The notes below the pieces were generated by a model that saw only the letters and a program-made list of their open reading frames with translations, searched no databases and was not told the origin of the DNA. Positions 9,902-18,289 of a DNA stretch of 58,922 nt are shown one piece after another. The DNA is from Candidatus Staskawiczbacteria bacterium RIFOXYB1_FULL_38_37 (lineage in GTDB: Bacteria > Patescibacteriota > Minisyncoccia > Minisyncoccales > Staskawiczbacteraceae): NCBI GenBank assembly GCA_001822075.1, contig MHPK01000006.1:124977-183898 (forward strand), in the 5' to 3' direction. Both the position numbers and the translations under genes were made by a program. Numbering within the stretch: position 1 is the first letter of the stretch; each line of letters starts with the position of its first letter.

Positions 9902-10023
9902 ACATTTAATATTTGTATTTTTCCCTCCTTGCATTCTACTCCAAACTGCAACCTTACACGCGACATAAGTTAAAAATCATAATTCGAAAAATCCGCACCG
10001 ATTTTGGTGCGGATTTTACATCT

Positions 10024-10650
10024 TTACGCGTTTATTTTTCTCACTTCGACTTCCAAAAATTCTTCTATGTCTTTTTGCGAATACGTTTTAGCGAAAAATT
10101 CAATTGTAAAATCCTCCAAATCATCAAAATATACCAATTGAGATAAAAATAATTTTTCAGAAAAAGAATCACCGAATTTTTTTTCTGATTGGACGATAAT
10201 GTCTTTCAGAAAAAAATCTGACTTTAATATAAAAAATAAATCGACATAATCGCGCCACGCACCCCTTCTGCCGACAGTATGCGCTTTGTCTAAAGCAATG
10301 TCGCGCCAATCGAAAACTGAAAGATAGTCAGAAGATATTGTCTTATATAAAGACTTGTACGGGTAATAAATAAAACTAATTTTTACCTCATGGGGCAATG
10401 ATACAAAACTTAATTCATCTGAAGTATTGACAGTAATATTAATAGATTTAAAATGTTCTTTTATTTTATAAAGAAATTGCTTGGATATTGGTTTTGGCGT
10501 AAAAATATCAAAATCAAATGATTTTCGAAAAGCAAGCTGTAGCATTAAAGCCGTGCCGCCGCCCAAAACTCCGTATTTAGAGAAGTTTTTTAAAATTTCG
10601 AGACATTTTTTTTGATTGCCGTTCAAAAGCTCAAAATGAAGTTTTGACAT
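10024..10650 (-). CDS. AbiEii-family nucleotidyltransferase (type IV TA toxin-like)
   Basis: GGTALMLQLAFRKSFDFDIF; DKAHTVGRRGAWRDYVDL. Confidence 0.85.
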   Translation of the reverse strand: MSKLHFELLNGNQKKCLEILKNFSKYGVLGGGTALMLQLAFRKSFDFDIFTPKPISKQFLYKIKEHFKSINITVNTSDELSFVSLPHEVKISFIYYPYKSLYKTISSDYLSVFDWRDIALDKAHTVGRRGAWRDYVDLFFILKSDFFLKDIIVQSEKKFGDSFSEKLFLSQLVYFDDLEDFTIEFFAKTYSQKDIEEFLEVEVRKINA

Positions 10651-10930
10651 ATTTATTTGCGGATAAATCTTTCTCCTTTAAATTCAAAATAAAATTTTTG
10701 ATAAAATTGAAAACTGCTGGCGAATATATTCGTTTGGGATGATTAACAAATACGTCTATAATCTCTCTTGGTTTATAAATTTTAAAAAGATATTTTATTT
10801 GATTAATTTTCCCGTAACTTAAAACTTGGTGGATAATATAAATTTTATCTCCTTCAAGGTCGATATTTTTGATATCTTTGGACCATAAAATTCCCTGTCC
10901 AAAATTAGCTTTCAAAAAATTTTTTCGCAT
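10631..10930 (-). CDS. small partner of AbiEii toxin (DUF6922-like putative antitoxin)
   Basis: LWSKDIKNIDLEGDKIYIIHQVLSYG; overlaps the toxin start. Confidence 0.6.
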   Translation of the reverse strand: MRKNFLKANFGQGILWSKDIKNIDLEGDKIYIIHQVLSYGKINQIKYLFKIYKPREIIDVFVNHPKRIYSPAVFNFIKNFILNLKEKDLSANKYVKTSF

Positions 10931-11019
10931 TTCCTAATTTGGTTATATAAGTACATTTTGATTATATCATATCCATACATAAAATTCCAGCTTATCTTAC
11001 TCTTAAAGTGGATAATTTT

Positions 11020-11319
11020 TTAGATTATTTTTTGATCAAAAATTGCTCTGTCATCTCGCGATTCAAAGCCAAGCTCAGACATATACGCATCTATCGCGCA
11101 ATCTTCACAAAAATATTTTGGATTTTTACTGTAGCCATCTTTAACGGCACCGATAAATGGAATATTATTCATGCCACACTTATCGCAAGTATAATTCGTT
11201 CTCGGATGATCCGACAATTTTATATCGGGTCGCTTGAAATATTTGAGTTTAATTTGTGGTAAAATTGTATTTTTATAACTTTTTACAATAATTTTTATTT
11301 TTCTCTTTTGCTTTATCAA
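11020..11319 (-). CDS. hypothetical protein with two CxxC motifs
   Basis: CDKC and CEDC; true start uncertain. Confidence 0.4.
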   Translation of the reverse strand: MIKQKRKIKIIVKSYKNTILPQIKLKYFKRPDIKLSDHPRTNYTCDKCGMNNIPFIGAVKDGYSKNPKYFCEDCAIDAYMSELGFESRDDRAIFDQKII

Positions 11320-11458
11320 ACAATTTTTTAGTTTCTTCTAATGCCAACCCCTTTCCGCTTTCGTAAGCTTTTTTCATTCCCTGACAAATCGGGCAGTCAT
11401 CAAAATAGAATTCATCGGGATATTTATCTGTTTTAATTTCTTTATTTTTCTTTGTCAT
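11273..11458 (-). CDS. small hypothetical protein with CPIC motif
   Basis: Starts 1 bp after the AbiEii stop; FDDCPICQ. Confidence 0.6.
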   Translation of the reverse strand: MTKKNKEIKTDKYPDEFYFDDCPICQGMKKAYESGKGLALEETKKLFDKAKEKNKNYCKKL

Positions 11459-11459
11459 A

Positions 11460-12122
11460 CTATTTTATAATTTTGCTGGAAAGTTTTTTGGCCTCTGAAA
11501 TAAAAAATTCTTGCCAATCGTTTTCTTTAACGTCCGCCAACATCTTAGGAAAATCTTTTAATTCCTTTGCCTTCATGTATTGAGCACCTAATTGAATTGG
11601 ATCAATATAATTGCCGAATTTTATCTGTGCCTTTTTGACCAATTCGTCGAGATATAATTTCCTGTCTTTTTGCAAAATGAAATATAAATCAATAAAATCT
11701 CTGCTTCTTGGTTTTTGATAAATTGTAAAAACTTTATTCACGGCAATATCCAAAAGACTATCTATATACAAATCGCCTATCTTATTTTTTTTATCAATTC
11801 TCTCAAAAGGAAAAAAAGTAAACTCCATTTTAACTTTATCGCCATCTGCCAAATCAAGGAAAAATAAATTTCTGTTAAAGCTTTGTTGAAATTCCACTTT
11901 TTTTATTTTTGCCTCTTTTTTTATCTTTTCAAAAAAAACAGAAATACTTTGCGGGTCAAACTCTTTTTCAGAAAAAAAATCTAAATCCTCCGACAAGCGG
12001 TGATTCAAATAAAACTCAGCTAAAGCAGTGCCGCCCGTTAAATAAAAATTATCGCAAAGCGTTTTGTCTTTGCTTATTATTTTGAGAATATTTTGTTGAT
12101 TTTCCGATAAAATGCTCTTCAT
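11460..12122 (-). CDS. AbiEii-family nucleotidyltransferase (second copy)
   Basis: FYLTGGTALAEFYLNHRLSEDLDFF; NKVFTIYQKPRSRDFIDL. Confidence 0.9.
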   Translation of the reverse strand: MKSILSENQQNILKIISKDKTLCDNFYLTGGTALAEFYLNHRLSEDLDFFSEKEFDPQSISVFFEKIKKEAKIKKVEFQQSFNRNLFFLDLADGDKVKMEFTFFPFERIDKKNKIGDLYIDSLLDIAVNKVFTIYQKPRSRDFIDLYFILQKDRKLYLDELVKKAQIKFGNYIDPIQLGAQYMKAKELKDFPKMLADVKENDWQEFFISEAKKLSSKIIK

Positions 12123-12313
12123 TACTTTATGAATAAAGATAAAAATTTCCTTTTAGCAGGATCTATGTTTAAAATTTTCCAATATTTTTTAAGTTCTTTT
12201 CGTTTAATTTTTTTCCCACCCAAACCAAAATTCACCGTTTGCTCCAGCTTCCAAATGGCAAATTCTTCCTTATTCTTCCTTATTTTTTTTATGTCTACAG
12301 ACCAGTTTTTCAT
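12122..12313 (-). CDS. small putative antitoxin partner
   Basis: WKLEQTVNFGL; stop overlaps the toxin ATG. Confidence 0.6.
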   Translation of the reverse strand: MKNWSVDIKKIRKNKEEFAIWKLEQTVNFGLGGKKIKRKELKKYWKILNIDPAKRKFLSLFIK

Positions 12314-12331
12314 ACCTTATTATATCACATT

Positions 12332-14845
12332 TTAAGCGTTTTTACCATGGCACTTCTTATATTTTTTACCGCTACCGCACGGACACGGATCGTTTCTGCC
12401 GACTTCTTTTTTACCTGCCTGCCCAGGCAGGCCTGCTTCAACAGGTTTAAAATTTAGCATTGGCTTTTGTTGCCGGGGAATGCCGGATTTTAAAATATTT
12501 TCTGCAATGTTGGCATCAAGCATTGATAACAATTGCCCAAATGCTTTGTGCGCTTCATTTTTATATTCCACCAAAGGATCCCTGCCAGCATAAGCCCTTA
12601 ATTTTACAGAGTCTCTGACATGGTCCATGTAAGACAAATGGTCTTGCCATGCTAAATCCAAAACCCGCAAACTTACAGCCCTGCACAGCTGGTTAAAATT
12701 TTCCTCTCCCAATTCTTTTTCTTTCTCGCCCAAAGCCTGCAGAGCAGGCATTGTGGCGGGCCCGTCAAAATGGCTTTGGCTTTTGTCGGGTTTCTCAATT
12801 TTGTTAAAAATTTCCCAAATTTCTGTTTTGGGATTTACAAGAAACGCCATGCGCTTTTTGTAAATAATTTCTCTGTGCTTATTTATTACGTCATCATACT
12901 CTAATAAATGCTTTCTAGCGTCAAAATTAAACCCCTCAATTTTTGTTTGGGCAGATTCAATGGCCCCCGAAACCATGCCCGCTTGTATGGGCTGGTCTTC
13001 TGGCATGTTCAAAGCTGTCATTAAATTTTTTATTTTGTCTCCGCCAAAAATACGCATTAGGTCATCTTCCAAAGAAACAAAAAATTGCGTGGAGCCCGGG
13101 TCGCCCTGCCTGCCAGACCTGCCCCTTAACTGGTTGTCTATTCTTCTTGCGTCGTGCCTTTCTGTGCCAATTACATGAAGGCCGCCTAATTCCTTAACTC
13201 TTCGACCCTGCTCAGGGCTCGGTGGGTTCCCACCGAGAATAATATCAACTCCCCTGCCTGCCATATTAGTTGCAATGGTCACACCCCCTTGCTTTCCTGC
13301 CTGGGCTATAATTTCACCTTCTCTTTCATGATTTTTTGCATTCAATGTATTATGAGGTATGCCTTTTGTTTCTAAAAGCCTGCCAACGTATTCATTTTTT
13401 TCAACAGATCTGGTTCCCACTAAAATCGGCTGGCCTTTTTTGTTCAATTCTTCTATTTCTTTTACAAGAGCTTCAAACTTTCCTTTTTCTGTTTTGTAAA
13501 CTTTGTCAGCAGAATCTTTTCTTATCATTGGCTTGTTTGTAGGAATTGAAACAACTTCCAATTTGTAAACCTTGTCAAACTCTTCAGCTGAAGTTAAGGC
13601 GGTGCCTGTCATGCCAGACAATTTTTTGTACATTCTAAAATAATTCTGAAAAGTAATTGTGGCCATTGTTATTGATTCCGGCTTTACCTCGACTCCTTCT
13701 TTTGCCTCAACTGCTTGATGAAGCCCGGCAGACCAGCGGCGCCCGGGCAAAATTCTGCCTGTGAATTCATCTATAATTAAAATTTCTCCGTTTTTTACAG
13801 TGTAATCTCTGTCTTTCAAAAACAATGTTTTAGCCCTTAAGGCCGACTCTAACTGGTGGGTTGAGGCAATATCATTGTCTAACCACGGGTCAAAGCCCAA
13901 ACTTTTTACAATTTTGTTCTGGCCTTCTTCTGTAAAGGTTGCTGTTTTTAATTTTTCATCAATCTCGTAATCTATGTCTCTTTGCAGAGGAGACACGACT
14001 TTGGCAAACTTATAATATTTTTCCGTTGCTTCTTCGGCCCGCCCGGAAATAATTAACGGCACGCGAGCTTCGTCAATTAAAATTGAGTCAATTTCGTCAA
14101 CTATGGCAAAGTTGTGGCTTCGTTGCGCTTGTTGATTTTGTTCGTATGCCATATTGTCCCGCAAATAATCAAATCCAAATTCATTGTTTGTGCCGTAAGT
14201 AATGTCAGCTGCATAGGCTTCTTTTCTTGAAACCGGCTTTAAAAAATCCTGCACCACTTTAAACCCGCCCAATTCATCGCGCTCTTTGTCTAATTCGTCA
14301 GAATTTTGAATTTTGAATTTTGAATTTGTATAACCAGCATCATAGACATAGCCACTCTCGTTTGTAATACAGCCTACCGTCAAGCCAAGAAAATGATATA
14401 TCTGGCCCATCCAGACAGCATCTCTTTTTGCAAGGTAATCGTTAACAGTAATTATGTGCGCGCCCTTGCCCTCTAATGCATTTAAATATGCGGGCAGAGT
14501 GGCAGATAAAGTTTTTCCCTCTCCGGTTTTCATTTCAGCAATTTTACCCTGATGCAAAACAATTCCGCCAATTAGTTGTGAATCAAAATGGCGCTGGTTC
14601 AAGCTTCTTTTTGAGGCTTCTCTCACCAAAGCAAAAGCCTCTGGAAGAATGTCATCCAGCCCGCCCAAAGCCGCGGCATTGTTGCGGGCAAGCTTTTCTT
14701 TTAACTCGCTCGTTTTTTGCTTTAACTGCTCGTCTGAAAGCTTCTCAAACTCAGGTGAAAGCGAATTTATCTTATCAACTAAAGGCTGGAGGCTTTTGAC
14801 AAATTTTTCATTCGGGTCGCCAAAAATTTTATTAAAAATCGACAT
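12332..14845 (-). CDS. secA: preprotein translocase ATPase SecA
   Basis: EMKTGEGKT, VDEIDSILIDEARVPLIISG, NMAGRGVDI, QLRGRSGRQGDPG, C-terminal GRNDPCPCGSGKKYKKCHG. Confidence 0.99.
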   Translation of the reverse strand: MSIFNKIFGDPNEKFVKSLQPLVDKINSLSPEFEKLSDEQLKQKTSELKEKLARNNAAALGGLDDILPEAFALVREASKRSLNQRHFDSQLIGGIVLHQGKIAEMKTGEGKTLSATLPAYLNALEGKGAHIITVNDYLAKRDAVWMGQIYHFLGLTVGCITNESGYVYDAGYTNSKFKIQNSDELDKERDELGGFKVVQDFLKPVSRKEAYAADITYGTNNEFGFDYLRDNMAYEQNQQAQRSHNFAIVDEIDSILIDEARVPLIISGRAEEATEKYYKFAKVVSPLQRDIDYEIDEKLKTATFTEEGQNKIVKSLGFDPWLDNDIASTHQLESALRAKTLFLKDRDYTVKNGEILIIDEFTGRILPGRRWSAGLHQAVEAKEGVEVKPESITMATITFQNYFRMYKKLSGMTGTALTSAEEFDKVYKLEVVSIPTNKPMIRKDSADKVYKTEKGKFEALVKEIEELNKKGQPILVGTRSVEKNEYVGRLLETKGIPHNTLNAKNHEREGEIIAQAGKQGGVTIATNMAGRGVDIILGGNPPSPEQGRRVKELGGLHVIGTERHDARRIDNQLRGRSGRQGDPGSTQFFVSLEDDLMRIFGGDKIKNLMTALNMPEDQPIQAGMVSGAIESAQTKIEGFNFDARKHLLEYDDVINKHREIIYKKRMAFLVNPKTEIWEIFNKIEKPDKSQSHFDGPATMPALQALGEKEKELGEENFNQLCRAVSLRVLDLAWQDHLSYMDHVRDSVKLRAYAGRDPLVEYKNEAHKAFGQLLSMLDANIAENILKSGIPRQQKPMLNFKPVEAGLPGQAGKKEVGRNDPCPCGSGKKYKKCHGKNA
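12414..12431. repeat. 18-bp palindrome CCTGCCTGCSCAGGCAGG (family B), in-frame in secA
   Basis: Other copies at 16991-17008 and 26924-26941. Confidence 0.9.
12728..12793. repeat. about 66-bp two-hairpin element (family C), in-frame in secA
   Basis: Near-identical copy at 17065-17132 in an unrelated gene. Confidence 0.9.
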
Positions 14846-14932
14846 ATAAGTACCCTTATTCTACATCAAAACCGCCCTTCTGTAAACACACACAACAAAA
14901 CATTGGGAGATATGATCTCCCAATACATTTTA

Positions 14933-14998
14933 TTAAGTTAACACTTGTTAGCCTGTACTTACTATTGCGACGGCTTTTTGCCGTTCGGCAAAAAGCCG
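14933..14998. repeat. 66-bp structured direct repeat, copy 1
   Basis: 59/66 identical to 16139-16204; terminal hairpin shows a compensatory C-G/G-C change. Confidence 0.9.
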
Positions 14999-15026
14999 CA
15001 CATCTTTATTTTTTTGGCCTCACGTT

Positions 15027-15068
15027 AGGGTCACCGTTAGGGGTAACGTTACCCCTAACGGTGACCCT
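15027..15068. repeat. 42-bp perfect palindrome centred on GTAACGTTAC
   Basis: AGGGTCACCGTTAGGGGTAAC-GTTACCCCTAACGGTGACCCT. Confidence 0.9.
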
Positions 15069-15073
15069 TGCAT

Positions 15074-15101
15074 AAAAAAGCCCCTTGGGTGCCAAGGGGC
15101 T
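15074..15101 (-). terminator. intrinsic terminator of PEP-CTERM gene
   Basis: AGCCCCTTGG/CCAAGGGGCT stem followed by a T6 run on the minus strand. Confidence 0.8.
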
Positions 15102-15118
15102 AAAGCGACGAATCGCTA

Positions 15119-15940
15119 TCATTTGCGACAAAGAAGAAATCCACCAACAATCAGGCCAGTAACCAGCAACACAACCGTCGCAGGCTCAGGAATGTCAGTT
15201 GGCTGACCCGACCAGATATTGAACTCTGCAACATGTGGGTTAATATAGAACTCGACGAGATGACCGTCTACAATACCCTCAACAGCTTTGTAGTATTGTT
15301 GTCCAGACCAAACGAATCTTTTACTAAGGTTAAGGCGCAATCCAAGCCATTCAGGATAAAGCGAATCATCGAATTTCCCAAGAAATTCCGAGGCATCGTC
15401 TCCCCACGCAACCCCTTCAGGATTCGTTGTAAGGTTGAAGTTGCGCTGCTGATCGTTGAAAGTAATACTACCTGCAACCTCAATAGATATGTCTTGAGCT
15501 CTTATGGGTCCGCTAACCATCTCAAAGGTAAGATCCTGTGCTATCGGAAAAGGACCCCTAACAACATTGATATCTGAACTATATGTTGTCAGATAAAGCG
15601 TGAAAGGTATCTCCAACTGGTTGCCGAAGCCCATCTGATATGTGACATTATCAGATAGTGTAATCGTTTCATCCAGTTCGGTATGCATGCCGAGAAATGT
15701 GGTAGTCATTGCCTGCACATCAACATCCCACAAGGAATCTCCATTTGCTGGGACGTGATGCGACGGATCCCAAAAGGATCCTACACTGCCGTTCCAGGCT
15801 TCTGTCGCAATTCCGTCCACGTAGGACTGAATTTGACATCCGTAACCGTTGGATTCAGAGGTAAAGTGATACAAATCGGCAAAAGCCAAATTTGCGGCGG
15901 ACAACAAAACCAACAGGCAAACGAAAAATCTCGTCTTCAT
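15119..15940 (-). CDS. PEP-CTERM sorting-domain secreted protein
   Basis: N-terminal signal peptide; C-terminal IPEPATVVLLVTGLIVGGFLLCRK; AGGAG RBS. Confidence 0.85.
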   Translation of the reverse strand: MKTRFFVCLLVLLSAANLAFADLYHFTSESNGYGCQIQSYVDGIATEAWNGSVGSFWDPSHHVPANGDSLWDVDVQAMTTTFLGMHTELDETITLSDNVTYQMGFGNQLEIPFTLYLTTYSSDINVVRGPFPIAQDLTFEMVSGPIRAQDISIEVAGSITFNDQQRNFNLTTNPEGVAWGDDASEFLGKFDDSLYPEWLGLRLNLSKRFVWSGQQYYKAVEGIVDGHLVEFYINPHVAEFNIWSGQPTDIPEPATVVLLVTGLIVGGFLLCRK

Positions 15941-15990
15941 CGGTATTCTCCTGTAAAGGTACGTTGCAGCGAAGTTGCTGCAATAAAATT

Positions 15991-16019
15991 AGAATATGCC
16001 TAATATCAAAACTTGTCAA
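15991..16019 (-). promoter_or_regulatory. sigma70-like promoter of PEP-CTERM gene
   Basis: TTGACA-17bp-TATTCT on minus strand. Confidence 0.65.
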
Positions 16020-16021
16020 CC

Positions 16022-16078
16022 TCACGTGAGGGATCACGTGACATGGTACATACCTTGGTACATACCACAATACGTACC
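16022..16078. repeat. five 12-bp-phased units with ACGT/ACAT core
   Basis: tcacgtgaggga tcacgtgacatg gtacataccttg gtacataccaca atacgtacc. Confidence 0.7.
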
Positions 16079-16138
16079 AAACCAAAAAACAGGCTCCCCC
16101 GCCCATTTTTTATGGCTCAACCTCGTTGAGCCATATTT

Positions 16139-16204
16139 TTAAGTTAACACTTATTAACCTGCGCTTGCTATTGCGACGGGTTTTTGCCGTTCGGCAAAAA
16201 CCCG
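16139..16204. repeat. 66-bp structured direct repeat, copy 2
   Basis: See 14933-14998. Confidence 0.9.
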
Positions 16205-16248
16205 TCGAATTATGTAACTTCTTTTGGCAATATTAAACTGCTTGCTAT

Positions 16249-16728
16249 TTAATAATATAAATCTAGTTTTGAGCCGGGGGTGATGCCCAATTCTTCAATA
16301 ATTCCGGCATTTATTTCCAAAACGTATTTTGCCAAAGCTCCAGGGTTAATTGCAAGGCACTCTGCGCCCTCAAGACATGGCTGGCTGTTTTCAGCAATAA
16401 AAACAACTTCACCTAAACTGTTTATCCATATTATGTCTAAAGGGATTAAAGTGTTTCTCATCCAAAAAGGATATATACCCTCCTGCCCAAAAACAAAAAG
16501 CATGCCCTGGTCTTTTGGCAAAGAAAACCTGTACATTAGCCCTTTTTCTAATTCTTGTTTTGTTTTTGCCAATTCCACAAAAAAACAAGTTTCTTTATAG
16601 CAAACTTTAGATTGCAAATCATTTTCTAAAGAAGGAGCCAGCAAAATGCCTTTTATTTGAAAAAACAAAAAAGCCAAGCACAACAGAGCTGCAATAAAAA
16701 TTAAAATTTTGAAAACAAATTTTATCAT
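16249..16728 (-). CDS. DUF192 family protein
   Basis: VELAKT...EKGLMYR..LP..QGMLFVF, FWMRNTLIPLDIIWI, YVLEINAG. Confidence 0.92.
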   Translation of the reverse strand: MIKFVFKILIFIAALLCLAFLFFQIKGILLAPSLENDLQSKVCYKETCFFVELAKTKQELEKGLMYRFSLPKDQGMLFVFGQEGIYPFWMRNTLIPLDIIWINSLGEVVFIAENSQPCLEGAECLAINPGALAKYVLEINAGIIEELGITPGSKLDLYY

Positions 16729-17490
16729 TTATTTTGCGTTAAGTCTTTTTTGGACGGCTTCACTTTGCAGCTCAGTTAAAGCATTGTTTGCCACCCACTT
16801 GGCTGGCTTTGAATTTATTTTTTGGATTTCTTTGGCAAGCTTTATTGCCTTTTTGTTTAAATTTTTGTTTCTTTTGCCAATCTGGCGCAAAGCCCAGTTT
16901 ACAGCTTTTTTAACAAAATTTCTTTCATCGGTTGAAGCTTTTTTTATCAAAGGAAAAAATTTTAAAAAATCTTTGTCTTTCATTTTTTTACCTGCCTGCG
17001 CAGGCAGGCCATGCACAGCTAAACACGCTATGAGCGTGAAGGCGGTACGTCGTTGAAATTCCCCGCCCAAAGCCTGCGAAGCAGGCATTATGGCGGGCCC
17101 GTCTAAATGCCTTTTAGGCTTTTGTCGGGTTTTGGCCAATTCAAATACCTTTTTATAAATAAAACTTGCCTTATCAAACAAGCTTAAGCAGACCTGGTCA
17201 ACAACATCCCAAGAGTCAAAACCATTGATCCATTTATCCATTTGCTTTTCTGTCAGAAGCCCGGCATCTGCAATAAATCCGGCTAAAATTCTTGCCTCAT
17301 GTATTCCAGAATCAAAAAGTTTTAAAGCTAACTTATGGTCTTTTTTTATAATTTTTGCCAGTTTTCTTAATTCCGGAATCGGAATGCCAAAAACTTTTGT
17401 TTTTGGCCTAATGCCAAACCGCGCCATGCCTTCAGCATTGCGCGGATTCTTTAGAGATTTCAATTTTTTTATAACCTCTGAATAGTTCAT
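16729..17490 (-). CDS. DNA alkylation repair (AlkD-like) protein
   Basis: GIHEARILA, FDSWDVVDQVC, DERNFVKKAVNWALRQIGKRN; carries family B and C inserts. Confidence 0.9.
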   Translation of the reverse strand: MNYSEVIKKLKSLKNPRNAEGMARFGIRPKTKVFGIPIPELRKLAKIIKKDHKLALKLFDSGIHEARILAGFIADAGLLTEKQMDKWINGFDSWDVVDQVCLSLFDKASFIYKKVFELAKTRQKPKRHLDGPAIMPASQALGGEFQRRTAFTLIACLAVHGLPAQAGKKMKDKDFLKFFPLIKKASTDERNFVKKAVNWALRQIGKRNKNLNKKAIKLAKEIQKINSKPAKWVANNALTELQSEAVQKRLNAK

Positions 17491-18194
17491 TGCCAGACTG
17501 TATCAATTTTTGCTTTTTCTTCTGATTTTATAATCCACTTATCTTTATCTTGCGTAATAACAGCTTTGTCTGCTGTCCATATTCTTGATTTTTCCAAATC
17601 GCCAAATAAAATCACGTGTTCTTCTTTATCATCTAACGGGTTGTCAACTGACGCGCAAGCATAATAAGCAAGTTTTCCTTGTATAACAGGCCTTATGCCT
17701 GTAAAAGGCCTGCAATAAGACCCGTCTTCTAATTTTAGAAACCATGCCCAATTATCTTGCGTAAAATCCAGCAAAGAAGGCTGGGGCAATGGCTTTTCAA
17801 GCTCTATTAAAAAAGATTCTGGAGTTAAGGGGTTTGGCTGGCAAAAAACAAAAGCTGGGTCTTGCGTTTCAAAACACGGGTCAAAAATTTCATTTTTAAC
17901 TTGGCACCTAAAAGCATCCGGACGAAATGGGTCAGCTATAGAATATGAAAAGCATTCTCCTTGCTTTTTTTGCTGGGGTAAAACTTCAGGAATGCTAAAA
18001 GCTATTATATTAGTCCGCCAGCTGGCGGATTCTTTTACTGCATTTGAAATTCCAGAAAAAGAGGTGTTTTCTGATTGCGAAAAGCTTTCAGATTTTACTG
18101 CAAAATAAAAAAAGGCTATGCTAAGCGCTAAAATAATCAGCACTGCAAAAATGGTGATGACAATTGTTGATATAGAATGTCCTTTTTTGCTCAT
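17487..18194 (-). CDS. membrane-anchored Cys-containing hypothetical protein
   Basis: N-terminal TM; CFSYSIADPFRPDAFRC...DPCF; contains family A palindrome. Confidence 0.6.
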   Translation of the reverse strand: MSKKGHSISTIVITIFAVLIILALSIAFFYFAVKSESFSQSENTSFSGISNAVKESASWRTNIIAFSIPEVLPQQKKQGECFSYSIADPFRPDAFRCQVKNEIFDPCFETQDPAFVFCQPNPLTPESFLIELEKPLPQPSLLDFTQDNWAWFLKLEDGSYCRPFTGIRPVIQGKLAYYACASVDNPLDDKEEHVILFGDLEKSRIWTADKAVITQDKDKWIIKSEEKAKIDTVWQ

Positions 18195-18233
18195 ATTCTT
18201 TATTAATTGTATTACTTTTAAAAATCAAAACAA

Positions 18234-18265
18234 GACCCGTTAGAAGCTGCAGCTTCTAACGGGTC
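18234..18265. repeat. 32-bp perfect palindrome GACCCGTTAGAAGCTGCAGCTTCTAACGGGTC (family D)
   Basis: Shares the CCCGTTAGAAG arm with the inverted repeat at 55675-55775. Confidence 0.9.
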
Positions 18266-18289
18266 AAGCCACAAAATTTTTAAATTTAA

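Noticed and set aside
15855-16106. 83-aa minus-strand ORF upstream of PEP-CTERM
   Set aside because: Runs through the promoter and the 12-bp array; its repetitive WYV/RYV peptide reflects the DNA repeat, not a protein
14933-16204. CRISPR array or integron attC interpretation of the paired repeats
   Set aside because: Only two copies about 1.2 kb apart, no spacers of regular length, no cas or intI gene, and no clean RYYYAAC...GTTRRRY boundaries
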